This document shows positions 28,071 to 40,919 of a DNA stretch of 64,000 nucleotides, one piece after another. The notes below the pieces were generated by a model, which saw only the letters and a program-made list of their open reading frames with translations, ran no database searches and was not told where the DNA came from. The stretch's first letter is position 1. Every line of letters begins with the position of its first letter. The stretch is from Octopus sinensis (lineage: Eukaryota), in NCBI RefSeq assembly GCF_006345805.1, contig NC_043005.1, forward strand, positions 84,320,001-84,384,000. Direction: 5' to 3'. A program made the position numbers and the translations under genes.

Positions 28071-29399
28071 CAACCATATCAATATATTATTATTGTTATT
28101 TATTGTTCTTAATGTCATTAAGTATTTTCATTAACTTTCTTAAAATATTTCTCATTAACGAGCAGTAATGATACAAAAAAGCAAAAGAATTACTGTTTTT
28201 AAATTAAATGAATTGAATAAATTTTGGTTAAGAAGCTTGATTCCCAGCTTGCTTCAGTCCTTCTGCATAGCAGCTTGAGCAAGTATCTTCTGTTATAGCC
28301 CCAGGCCAATCAAAGCTTTTTGACTAGGTTTGAGAGATGGAAACTGAAAGAAGCCTGTCGTATATTAGTGTGTGTATATTTATGACACACAGAGGCATAA
28401 CTGTGAAGTTAGAAGTTCGCTTTTGCAATCATGTTGTTTCAGTTTCGACCCACTGTGTAGATCTTTATTGTAGATCCTCTCTTGTAGCCCTGAGTCAACC
28501 AATTTCGTAGATGGAAACTGAGCAAGCATGTTGTGTGTGTATATGTATGTATGTATGATATATACATTTATCAATATAAATATATTCTTTTACTTGTTTC
28601 AGGCATTTGACTTTGGCCATACTGGAGCACCACCTTTAGTTGAACAAATCAACCCCAGGACTTATTCTTTATAAGTATAGTACTTATCCTATCAGTCTCT
28701 TTCACCGAGCTGCTAAGTTACAGGAACATAAACACACCAACATTGGTGGTCAAGTGATGGTGGGAGAACAAACACAGGCACACGAGAACACATACACACA
28801 CGCACATATGACGGGCTTCTTTCAGTTTCCATCTGCCAAATCCACTCACAAGGCTTTGGTCAGCCCAAAGCTATAATAGAAGACACTTACCCAAGGTGCC
28901 ATGCAGTGGAACTGAACCCAGAACCATGTGATTGGGAAGCAAGTTTCTTACCACACAGCCACTCCTGTACCTATATACACACACACACACACACACTTAT
29001 ATATGTGTGTTTGTGTTGAGCTTGACAACCCCCTTGATACCCAATGCTGGTTCATTTATATCCCTATAACTTAGCAGTTCGACACAGAATAAGTACGAGG
29101 CTTTTAAAATAAGAACTGAGGTTGATTTGTTTGATTAAAATCCTTCAAGGTGGTGCCCCAGTATGGCCACAGTCAAAGACAAAAGACATACATTTAATTC
29201 TGTTTAGAATGAAATAAGTTTGCTGACTCCTCCATTTGATCCTGGATACTCCTTGTTTATAGCAATATGTAGTCATTGTCTCTCTCCCTCTCTCTCTCTC
29301 ATTAAGTCTTGTCCTCTCCCTCATCCTCTCAATCCCTGTTTTTAAAACCAAGCAAAATCATTCCATTGAAAACTGGTGTTTTGGAGGGAAAAACAAAAA

Positions 29400-29990
29400 A
29401 TATCTGCAGAAAGTGAAAGAGGGAGGGTAGGAAGGAGAGAGAGGGAGAGAATGAAGAAGAATGATGTAATAGGAAAGAGAAAGAGAGCGGGAAGGAAAGG
29501 ATAGACAGTAAGAGAGAGAGAGGAGGGAGAACAATGGAGAAAGAGAGAAGGGGAGAGCAGGGGAGAGCACGGGAGAAAGAGAGAGTCGAAAAATTAATGT
29601 AGTTGAAGAGAAATGATAGAGTGAATGAGAGAGAGGTATCATTCATGTTAAGATGTTTTTGTTTTGGAAAAGTAAAAGTGAGAGTGTCTGGTGAAAGGGA
29701 GAGAGAGAGAGAGAGAGAAAAAGGAGAGAATAAGAGAAAAGAGGGAAAGTAAGAAAAATGAGAGCGAGGTAAGAGAAGGGAGAGAGTAAGAAAAATGAGA
29801 TAGAGTAAGAATTAATGTGAGTGAGTAAGGAGAGAGAGAGAGAGAAAAGGAGAGGAAGGGAGGAGATAAAACATTTTTAGTGAAGAGTGTTGAAAGATCT
29901 AAAGACTATAAACATCTTGTGAGAGAGGGGGAGGAGGGAAGAACTAGAGACGTAGTAAGAGTGAAAGGAGATGAAAGAGAGAGAGAGGGG
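29400..29990. repeat. Polypurine (GA/AG-rich) tract
   Basis: Directly visible. Confidence 0.9.
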
Positions 29991-30051
29991 ATATAGGGAT
30001 GTGTCTCTTTTTCTTTTTCACTGCATATACACAAACCTAATGAATACCTGC

Positions 30052-30104
<53 letters not shown>

Positions 30105-30469
30105 TGATGTCTCTCTCTGTCAATCTTTCTGTCTCTCTCTCTCTCTTTATGTGTGTGCGTGTGTCTTTTGGCTTCTCTCTTCATAACAACCCATTCCGCC
30201 AACTCTTGTTTAAAGTGAAAACACTTGCTTCAAGTGGGTTTGTTGAGAAATATCTATAGCATGTAGCCATTGATAGGTTTGTAGAGAGAGAGAGAGATGG
30301 AAAGAAAGAGAGAGAGAGAGGGGGAAAGAAAGAGAAAGAGGGAGAGAGAGTGAGAGGTGAGAGAGAAGTAGAAGTTGATAACAAACAAGAGAAATACAGT
30401 ATGTATGCATACATACACATTACTCTATATATCTATTTATTTATCTATACATCTCTCTTTCTCTCTATC

Positions 30470-30637
30470 TACACACACAAACACACATCTATCTATCTAT
30501 CTTTATCTATCTATCTATATAACAATCTATCTATCTATCTATCTATATAAAATCTATCTATCTATCTATCTATCTATATAACAATCTATCTATCTGTCTA
30601 TCTTTATCTATCTATCTATCTATGTATCTATATAACA

Positions 30638-30678
<41 letters not shown>

Positions 30679-30745
30679 ACAATCTATCTATCCATCTATC
30701 TCTCTATCTATCTCTGTATCTATCTATCTATCTATCTATCTCTTG

Positions 30746-30789
<44 letters not shown>

Positions 30790-30790
30790 T
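30470..30790. repeat. (TCTA)n tetranucleotide array
   Basis: Directly visible. Confidence 0.95.
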
Positions 30791-32407
30791 ATACTATACA
30801 TACACACATCTATAAAAATATAAAGACAAAGAGAAGCAGATGATGAGGATGAGGATGATGATAACAATGATGATGATGATGACGATAATGATAATGAAAC
30901 AACAACAAAGAAAGAAGAAGAAGAAAAGCTAATTTTCTATTGTCTTTTTATTGAATTTGTTTATTTTCAACTTTTGTTTATCAGAAGGTGTATTCTTTTC
31001 GTTTTCTTGTTTACTTCGTTCTTTTTTGTCTCTGGTTTCTTTTCAAGTCATTGTTGTTCTTGTTGTTGTTGCCGTTGTTGTACAATTCTTTTTATTGTCA
31101 TCAATCTATGTCCTCCATGAAATAGTACAAGTCTTACTTCTATGTTTTTTTTCTTCTCATTCTTCACAATTTGGCTTTCCAATGTTTGTTTGTTTGTTTT
31201 TCCACTTTTCTTTCTTTCTTTCTTTCTTTCTTTCTTTTATTTATCTATTTATTGGTATGTGTATTCTCTCTCTCTCTTTCTGTATGTTTCCCTTCTTCTC
31301 TCTCTTTCTCCTGTTCATTGACTGGGCTTCGTTTGTTCTCCTTGGTACCAAGGCCTTCATAGTCATCATCATCATCATCATCCGCAATAACATTAAGATC
31401 CTCATCAGCATCACCACTACCATTATTATTATTATAATTATTATTATTATTATTATTATTATCATTGTAATTGTTGTTGTTATTGTTAATATAGTTTATG
31501 GTTTCTTTTGTGCTTTTTTTGCCATTTTTGGGGCTTCTTTTGGCTAGTCCCCCCCCCCCCCAGTTAATACAGCTGTTCTGTCAGTTTTTTCTTCATTTCT
31601 TTCATCCTCTTTTCCTTCTCCTTCTTAGATTCCTTCCATCTCCTTCTCCTTCTCCTCCTCCTCTCTACACACCCGCCCTTCCACCTGTCTCATCCATATC
31701 CTTTCCTCTTCATTTCTCTCTTCTCTTTAAATTCCACCACACACAATAACTCCTTCCCTCCCACCCATCCACCCACCCACCCATTCTAGTTTCCATTTCT
31801 TTCCAGTTTCCACAATATCTAATAGACTCAGTCCCTAACAATTCTCCCGGACTCTTTTATACTTTTGAGGGTTTCACCCCACTCCACCCACCCCCCGCCA
31901 CCTTTTCTAATTTTCTTTTCCTCTCTCTTTATCTCACCCATCATATTTTTATAATTCTTTCTTTCATCTTCCTCATCTTACACTATTTCTCCATCAAAGT
32001 TTCTCTCCTCTTCACCTCATCTCATTATCACCAACTTTAGTTTTCCTCCCTCTCTCTCTCTTCCTTATTTCCCTCTCCATCTATGTTTACATAATGTGAA
32101 GACATGTAGCTTAGTAGTTTGGGCATGCGGCTCACGGTCACAAGGTTGTGAGTTCGATTTCCAGTAGCACATCATGTCCTTGACCAAGACACTTTATTTC
32201 ACATTGCTCCAGTCCACTCAGCTGGCAAAAATAAGTTGTACCTGTAATTCAAAGGGGCCAGCCTTGTCACATTGTGTGCCATGCTGGATCTTCTTCAGAA
32301 CTATGTTAAGGGTACACATGTCTGTGGAGCACTCAGCCACTTGTACATTAATCTCATGAGTGGGCTGTTCCATTGGTTGAATAAACTGGAACCCTCATTG
32401 TTATAAT

Positions 32408-33027
32408 CAGAGCTGTGGAGTCAAAACAAAAACTTTGACTCTGACTCTTCTACTATTAGCAGCCCTGACTCCGACTCCTCTTTACGTAATTAAGTGATAG
32501 TGGTCTACATATCTCATAAAGCACATGCATACATGTGTACTCTGAGTAGGCTTGTAAGTTATAACTGGTTTATATTAAAGAATAAAGACATTGTGAGTCG
32601 GTGTTGGAGTCAGTATAGTTTACCCGACTCCGACTCCGGATCCAGCTACCCCTTAATTGTTTCCAACTTATTTCTTTACTACCCACAAGGGGCTAAACAT
32701 AGAGGGAACAAACAAGGACAGACAAAGGGATTAAGTCGATTACATTGACCCCAGTGCATAACTGGTACTTATTTACTCGACCCCGAAAGGATGAAAGGTA
32801 AAGTCGACCTCGGCGGAATTTGAACTCAGAACATAACTACAGACGAAATAACTATTTCTTTACTACCCACAAGGGGCTAAACACAGAGAGGACAAACAAG
32901 GACAGACAAAGGGATTAAGTTGATTACATCGACCCCAGTGCGTAACTGGTACTTAATTTATCGATCCCGAAATCGCCGCCTTAAATTGTTTCCCTTAATT
33001 GTTTCCAACTGTGACTCCACAGCCCTG
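32408..33027. mobile_element. hAT MITE with GACTCC repeats and 8-bp TSD
   Basis: TIRs CAGAGCTGTGGAGTC (32408-32422) and GACTCCACAGCCCTG (33013-33027); flanks GTTATAAT and GTCATAAC. Confidence 0.85.
32669..32991 (-). mobile_element. Family A-derived dimeric SINE (184-bp period) with 19-bp TSD
   Basis: CCCTTAATTGTTTCCAACT at 32650-32668 and 32992-33010; TTTCTTTACTACCCACAAG at 32671 and 32855. Confidence 0.85.
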
Positions 33028-33389
33028 GTCATAACTAACAGAGTCCCAGTTATGTGAATGTCTGAGGCATAGTGATGAGGGTGCCACACTCATGACTATA
33101 AGTCTGTGGTTTCAGTTCCTGGACTGGGCGGTGACAATACATTGCATTCTTGAGCACAACACTTCTTTCATATTGCTCCATTTCCATCATTATCATTATC
33201 AACATCATTTAACATCCATCCTCCATGCTGGCATGAACTGGACAAGTCCACTCAGCTGCTGTGATGGAGTTTATGCTGTGATGGACTAGCATCCCATCCA
33301 GGGGGTGAAGTGTGTTGTAATCTCATTCACTTATATGCTATGGAAACTGGGTTAAGCTTTGGCAGGCACTATGATCCTTAAGGGGTCAT

Positions 33390-34780
33390 GACAGACCCAA
33401 GATTATTTATATTTTCTATCTCCCTCCCTTCTTCTCCTCTAATTTCTTTCAGTTTCTTCTCATTCCTTCCTTCTTTTCCAACTCTTTTATATTCCTTCCT
33501 CAAAACTCTTTCAAATTTTACTCTCTCTCTCTTCCTTTTACTCCCTCTCTCTATATTCTTTCTTGCTCTTTCTCCTCCTCCCTTACTCTACTTATATACC
33601 TCCTCTCTCCACACCCATCCTTAGTCTTTATCTCCCTCCCTCTCTTTCTCCATAACCCCTCTCTCTACATTTATTTTCTCATTTTCCTCTCCCTCCCTCC
33701 CTCCCTCCTCCATTCATTCCCACAATCTACCTTCCCCCCCCCACTTCTCCTCTTTCGTTTTACACACCCACCCATCCACTCCGTCACCCCTCACCATATC
33801 CCCTAATCCTTTTTTTACTAGTATTTTCATCTCTATGCAAAGTGTCTATTTACATATCTTTTCCTCTAACACCCCCACTTCCCATGCCCACCTCTTCTCA
33901 TACTTCAAATACCAGCTCCGTACTCTATTCTATACTCCGCACTCAACTCCCCACCACCACCACCACCATGCTGTCTTTATACCCCTTTGCTTTTTTACTT
34001 TCTCCTCCTCCTACAACTCCTTTTCACCCCTATTTTACATTGACTACTACTATTTACTTTCACTTTCTATTCTCTCCAGTTTCACTTTCATTACAACCAC
34101 CACTCCTGTTCCCGTCCCCACCCACTGGTTTCACTTTCACTTTCAACATCTCCATCACCACCACCACTGCTGCCACCGTCACCCACATTTTCCTACTTCT
34201 TACCGTCTCATATTCCTTTTCTTTCCTTTCTACTTTCTCACCATCCCCATCATAACCACTTTCTCTCATCCTCTTTATTTCTTTTCCTCCCTCTCTTTTT
34301 TCATCTCTCACTGTACCTCTCCCTTTTATCCCTCTCCCATCACTTTCTCCTCTTCTTCGTCTTTTCAATTCCTCACTTCTTTATCTCTTCTCATCCCTCT
34401 TTCTCCCATTCCTTACCTCCTCTCTCTCCTCTTTCATTCTTTTCTATATCTCACCCTCCTCTATCTTCCCTCTCATTCTCTTCCTATTTCTCTCCCTCTC
34501 CTTCTCTGTCTCTTGTTGCCTCACATTCTTCTTTAACTCTCTCCTTCTCATCTCCCTTTCTTGCTCTCCTCTCTCTTGCTTACACTTCCCTCTCTCTCTT
34601 GCTCTCTTCCCTTTCACTTACTCTCCTCTCTCTCATTCCTTCCTTTATCTCTTCTCTGTCCTCTCTCGCCCTCCTTTAACTTCCTCCTCATCTCTCTCTC
34701 TTGCTCTCCTCTCACTTGCTCTCTTCTCATTCCCTTCTTTATCTCTCCTCTGACCTCCCTCTCTCTCTTTCTCTCCTCTT
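33390..34780. repeat. About 1.4-kb polypyrimidine (CT-rich) tract
   Basis: Directly visible; almost no G on the plus strand. Confidence 0.95.
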
Positions 34781-35858
34781 TCCGATATTACTCGTCTGTC
34801 TGTAACACACTGTATATAGAAGGGAATAACAAAAACATATATAAAAGACAGCAACAACAACATCAACAACAACACCGACAGCAGTATTGAATCAATCTGC
34901 TAATGTTACACGTAACAGACAGTTGTATTGTGAAAGGGTAAAGAAGAAGAAGAGAACGACAACAAGAACAACATCAACAACAACAACAACACAACAGCAG
35001 CGACGACGACGGCACACACAAAAATATAAAATAAAACAAAATAAAATAATAAAATAGAATTTTAAGAAAAAAAAAAAACAACAACTACAACTAAAAAAAA
35101 CAGCCTAAAAACCAAACAAAACAAATGTTCTTCGAATATTGGAGTATCGGAATATCGGAGGAGTATTAGGAGTTATGTTAGTAGCAGCAGTAGTAATAGT
35201 AGTAGTAGTAGTAGTAGTAGTAGCCTTTGTTGTTGTGGCTGATCTCGGTTTGGTAATGTGCAATTCAATACAGCATTGGTAGGTATTGACTTTCCATATC
35301 TGTCTGTTCGTCTGTCAATCTGTCTGTCTGTCCGTCCGTCCGTCCGTCGGTCGGTCGGTCTGTCTGTCTGTCTATCTCACTTTCTTTCTTTCTTTCTCTC
35401 TGTCTGTCTGTCTGTCTATCTCATCAGGTTTAAAATCAGTCAAGGATACCGGTAATATATTATGTCAATTCGCTAGGCTATCATCGGTTGGTATTACTTC
35501 CACCATCACCACCACCACCACCACTACCGTTGCTGCCACTACCGTCACTACCCTAACATCACCCCCACCTCCTCCACTGCTGCTTTCTCACTCATTCACC
35601 ACCCACCACTACCACCACCACCACCACCACCACCACTCCCTCTTTCATTCATCCATGTAAAAATTGGCCAGGTGCCTCGTTCAAAGGAAATCAATATATG
35701 ATCACATACAACCTATATATCTCTACATGAATAGATATATATACACATACAGATATACACATATATACTTATACATACATACATACACGCACACACATAT
35801 ATACGCATACAAATATATACATAAATATACATATATATACATATATGCATTCATATAC

Positions 35859-35889
<31 letters not shown>

Positions 35890-36022
35890 CATACATACAC
35901 AGACACACATATATATATATATACACATACACACATATACATACACATACATACATATATATATATGCATATATAATATATACATGTATACACGTGTGTG
36001 TGTGTCTGAGTATGAGTGTATG

Positions 36023-36060
<38 letters not shown>

Positions 36061-37559
36061 CAAATACATACATAAATATACATGTATATACATATATGCA
36101 TTCATATATACATACACATACATACATATATATATACATACATGCACATATACATTCACATACATACGCATACATGTATGCATATATGTATACCATAATA
36201 TATGTTATATACATGCACACACACATTCACACACGTGTGCATATGTGTGTGTGTGTGTGTGTGTGCATGTGTATATATCATCATCATCATATACAGAGCA
36301 GCCTCCTCTCCTTGCTGTTCTGCCTGGTTGCCATCTCAGACTATGTCTTCTCCTTGCCTAAAAAGTAGTAATCGAATGTTGGTCACCCCCACCTCTTTAA
36401 AAATACCTCATCTCTCTCTCTCCCTCTCTCTCTTTCTCAATATCTACCTGACTTCACACAAATTGATTTACCTTAATTGCTCACCTGCCTTTTCTATTGA
36501 TCTAGCATGCCAGTCAAACAGCAAACCAGCCTCACTTAGTCAGTCAGTCAGTCTGTCAGCTTACCTATCAATTAATCTAACTGATTACCTTCCTAACTCT
36601 AATTATCGGCTCCACCTACGTGCCTCAGTCCAGCATGGCACCTTTTTGTGTTCGCTGGATTTACTAACCATAGCTAATAAAAATATCACCTCATTTTGCA
36701 CCTTACTGATATAAAAAAGGAATGAAGTACATTCACAGACATAGTTCAATATCTACATACCTTAGTGAAGAAAGCCACTTATTAATTAGTCTGAAGTATG
36801 TAACTTATACAAAGAAACAGCAATAATTAATGTCTACATTGTCTAGAAAATTCTTAAAAATTCTAATCTTAATATATTTTTCTCAAAATGTGGTTTTCAG
36901 GTTTCTTTTATTATTGACAGTTTCATATACAAAAAGCTAATTTAAATTTTCCATGAGGTAGCACCTTAACACTGTGAGGTAGTGTCTCCCCTTTGTCATT
37001 TCTCTCTCTTTCATATATTTCCACAGACATATCAATAGAAACATTTCTCTGAATTATAAAAAGAACCCAACACCAACCAAATTCTGTTGCTTCACGTATC
37101 CTTTCTGTATTTATCTTTCGTCTTATATCTTTTACTTGTTTCAGTCATTAGACTGTGGCCATGCTGGGGCAGCACTGCCTTGAAGAAATTTTTGGTCAAA
37201 TGAATCAACTCCAGTACTTATCAATTTCTTCTAAGGCCTGGTGCTTACTCTATTGGTCACTTTTGCTGAACTGCTAAGGATAGAAACATACGAACACCAG
37301 TTGTCAAGTGGTGGTGGAGGACACATACACACACACTGATGGGTTTTTTCAGTTTCTGTCTATCAAATCCACTCAGAAGGCTTTAGTGCCACACAGTGGG
37401 ATAGAGCCCAGAACCACGTGGTTGGCAGGCAAACCTCTTATCACACAGCCATGCCTGTGCCTATTTGTTGGGAGTTTTGAAGAAAAGTAGTTTTAATTTA
37501 CTTATGCCAGTTGTACCAAATATAAACAACAACAACAACAACAGTGGCAGCAACAGCAG

Positions 37560-37935
37560 TGGAGGCACAATGGCCGAATGGTTAGGGCAGCGGACTTGTG
37601 GTCACAGGATCGTGGTTTCGATTCCCAAACCGGGCGTCGTGTGTGTTTATTGAGCGAAAACACCTAAAGCTCCATGAGGCTCCAGCAGGGGGTGGTGGCA
37701 ACCCCCCTGTGGTACTCTTTTGCTCCAACTTTCTCTCACTCTTTCTTCCTGTTTCTTGTCCCTGACTTCCTACACAACTGCTGAGCCTGGATGCACATTC
37801 ATCCATCTGTCGATGCCCTCGGTGTCAGGGGTTGACCTGCTTTCTCTTCTGCCGGTCTTACAAATAGCAAAGGACCATGTTTCGGACTTCTCCCACTACA
37901 GGGGCGAAGACCGCTTCACTCAACAAACAGCAACA
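37560..37935 (+). mobile_element. tRNA-headed SINE, family D
   Basis: GGAGGCACAATGGCCGAATGGTTAGG (A-box-like) and GGTTTCGATTCCC (B-box-like), distinct body, (CAA)-type flanks. Confidence 0.7.
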
Positions 37936-38264
37936 GTAATATGCCTTCTGAGAGCTTCTATTTGTTTGCCTGACCTGATAGAAATAGCAGTTGACTCTTC
38001 CTCAAACTTCACCCAATTTGCTTAAATAGGGGCACTTCCCATTAGAGCAGGGACCAGTGAAATTGTTATATCATTGAGCCTTTTATGGAATCATCGATAA
38101 CTTATTCCTACACCCCGTTCCATCCTCCATCATGTAAATTTCGAAAATGAAATTAAAGAATATAATTAATAGAAATGTTTCTTGAGATAAAAACAATAAC
38201 TCCTTCATTATTTTGTCATTATTGCTTTTTAATAAGAAATATTTAAAGAAATGTAATGGAAATA

Positions 38265-38475
38265 CAGGGTGTCCATAAATTAACTGTATACTTTGAAAAA
38301 TTCGGAAAAAAATGAAAAATAAGGATAAGTCAGCAAAGTTTATTGGAAAACATAGGTAAACAAATAAAATTTGATTATAAACATCAGAACATTTCCACGT
38401 GGATTCTATTGGTTACAGGCAACACATCTAGACAATGTTGTGTGGAAGTTGTAAAAATAACTTATGGACACCCTT
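38265..38475. mobile_element. Tc1/mariner-like MITE
   Basis: TA|CAGGGTGTCCATAA ... TTATGGACACCCT inverted ends. Confidence 0.7.
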
Positions 38476-38546
38476 TTCTTAACAAAATTGATAAAGAACA
38501 ATAAAAATTCAGTAATATTATGTTGATATGGTCAGAATATTTTATA

Positions 38547-38955
38547 GGCGCAGGCGTGGCTGTGTGGTAAGTAGCTTGTTTACCAACCACATGGTTCTGG
38601 GTTCAGTCCCACTGCGTGGTACCTTGGCCACTCTACTATAGCCTCGGGCCGACCAAAGCCTTGTGAGTGGATTTGTTAGACGGAAACTGAAAGAAGCCAG
38701 TCGTATATATGTATATATATATATATGTGTGTGTGTGATTGTGTCTGTGTTTGCCCCCCCCCCCCCCAGCATTGCTTGACAACCGATGCTGATGTGTTTA
38801 CGTCCCCGTCACTTAGCGGTTCTGCAAAAGAGACCGATAGAATAAGTACTGGGCTTACAAAGAATAAGTCCCGGGGTCGATTTGCTCGACTAAAAGGCGG
38901 TGCTCCAGCATGGACGCAGTCAAATGACTGAAACAAGTAAAAGAGTAAAGAGAGA
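38547..38955 (+). mobile_element. Family B SINE, best preserved copy (CpGs retained)
   Basis: Full head GGCGCAGGCGTGGCTGTGTGGTAAG through tail GACTGAAACAAGTAAAAGAGTAAAG. Confidence 0.9.
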
Positions 38956-39246
38956 GTATGTGTTTGGTGAATACTCGTCAATATGGCATCAATATTTGTC
39001 TGGAAATTAGAGAGTTTTAGCCGGAACCCTTTAACACTGAGATTATGCTATTAAACGTAACACTCATTTATTCACTTGAATTTATCCTGCATTATCTTGT
39101 AGCCTCAAGATTTTGATTGTATGATAGCGTTTTTTTTTTTGGACCAACATTGGAAGGTAGTTATGGAGGCTGGATCTGCGTAGTTTGAACATAAAAAACG
39201 GGAAAAATAATAACATGGCCAGATTTGACTTGTTTAAATGCTAAAC

Positions 39247-39737
39247 CAGAGGCTGTCAAATATTTTGGGCCACTGCCACCCTAATGGCTACATAATACCT
39301 CCATTGCCCCCTATTTTTATGTATAAATAAATAGTCTATATTTTACTAATTTATATATACTATGAGTCATTTGATATTTAATATAATATTATATAATTTA
39401 TATACAATACTATAATAATAATATATATTTCTTTACTAGCCACAAGGGGCTAAACACAGAGGAGACAAACAAGGACAGACAGACGGATTAAGTTGATTAT
39501 ATCGACCCCAGTGCGTAACTGGTACTAATTTAATTGACCCCGAAAGGATGAAAGGACAAGTCGACCTTGATGGAATATAATAAATTCATAGCATCCCCCC
39601 AATCCACTGCCTTCCTCGCAACGCCTCCTTTTTCTCTACACCCCCCTCCACTTCCCCCCTTAGACATCAGCGCCCACGTGGACCTTCTCAATGCCCACCA
39701 GGGGGCGAGGTGGTAGAGCCCACTTTGAGAACCTATG
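39247..39737. mobile_element. hAT MITE with 8-bp TSD, inserted in a piggyBac-like MITE and carrying a SINE fragment (about 39428-39575)
   Basis: TIRs CAGAGGCTGTCAAA and TTTGAGAACCTATG (11/14 match); TSD TGCTAAAC and TGCTAAAT; the host end GGTTAA resumes after 39745. Confidence 0.8.
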
Positions 39738-39894
39738 TGCTAAATGGTTAAATTGCAGAAAATTCAATCTCTTAATGTTCAAAATGATTTCAGGTATTTA
39801 TTGAGCTCTTGGGTAGTCACAGAGGTCGCCTTCATCCCTGGGGGGGGGGGTCAATATTTACCACTTTGCTGACACCTACATTAGAGGCGAGGAA

Positions 39895-40146
39895 AAAAAA
39901 GAAAAGACGGCCGCGCGTTACGGTGGTCATCGGAAGGCGCCGGGCGGCGCCCACGGCCTAGGCCGAATCGCGCGGTCGGCGAGGCAGGAAGGAAGAGAGA
40001 AACGGTCATGGAGCTCGCAAAGCGTGCAAGCCCCGTCGTCCGAGCGCCATGAGGGCGGGCCGACGCCGGCAGGGTGGTTGCGCGGTCGGCAGCAGAGAGT
40101 CGCGGCGTGTGACGGCGGGCTGCCGCGACCGCTACTGCTGCGCTGT
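39895..40146. other. GC/CpG-rich, strongly self-complementary island of unknown origin
   Basis: About 40 CpG in about 240 bp by hand count, with several perfect stems, in a CpG-depleted background. Confidence 0.9.
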
Positions 40147-40597
40147 TACCTTTGATCACATAAATTGGAATACCTTTGATCACATAAATTGCTGGATCAG
40201 ACTTGACCCAGAGCTAAACGACTGATGCTGCTTGCCACCACCACCACCACCACCACCACCACCACCACCACCACCACCACCACCACATTCCCCACCCACA
40301 TCAGTTGCCTCATCCAAGCATATAAGCCTAACTTACTGTCACTTCTATCCCTCCACCTTAACACCCCAACTCACAGGAAGGAAAGGAAAAGGAGGGGTTG
40401 GAGGATCCAAAGGAAGGATGTTCAGCAGCTAGCTAAATGTGCTGTCACTTAGTTGCTGCTGCTGAGGGTGGTGGTGGTGGTGTCAGATTGGAGGAAGTAG
40501 CAAGTGAGATGATGTGACATTGAAGAGGAATAGAACTGGTGGGAGTATAAAGTAGAGGAAGAGAGGGGAGCAGGAGGAGGAAGAAGGGAGAGCAATG

Positions 40598-40633
<36 letters not shown>

Positions 40634-40883
40634 ACACACACGAAATAATTCTCATTTGGAAATGTGGATCTCCAAGCTCACACAAAACTATAAATAATAG
40701 CATCTTTTATCTTTTACTTTTATCTTTTTCTTTTATCTTTGGCTTGTTTCAGTCATTAGACTGCGGCCATGCTGGGGCAACACCTTGAAGAATTTTAGAT
40801 GAACAAATTGACACCAGTTCTTCTTTTCTTAAGTTTTGTACTTAAAGCAGTGGTGGATTAATAAACATAGACACACACACATA

Positions 40884-40919
<36 letters not shown>

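Larger units (their letters stand above)
32098..33050 (+). mobile_element. Family C SINE interrupted near its tail by a hAT MITE
   Basis: Head ..GCTCACGGTCACAAGGTTGTGAGTTCGATT, CORE TCCTTGACCAAGACAC; the tail resumes at 33028. Confidence 0.75.

Noticed and set aside
31241-31580. Minus-strand open frame GLAKRSP..NNNN..GSGDADEDLNVIADDDDDDDYEGLGTKENKRSPVNEQ resembling a neuropeptide precursor
   Set aside because: It has no start codon, in-frame stops lie upstream, the candidate acceptors sit in purine-rich context, and most residues come from microsatellites. Only RNA-seq could rescue it.
36292-36368. Signal-peptide-like SSLLSLLFCLVAISDYVFSLPKK after ATACAG
   Set aside because: No pyrimidine tract or convincing donor, an immediate stop, and it is out of phase with the candidate first exon.
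39881-40183. 100-aa minus-strand ORF over the GC island
   Set aside because: Its Ala/Arg/Pro richness is expected from GC content alone and there is no recognisable domain.
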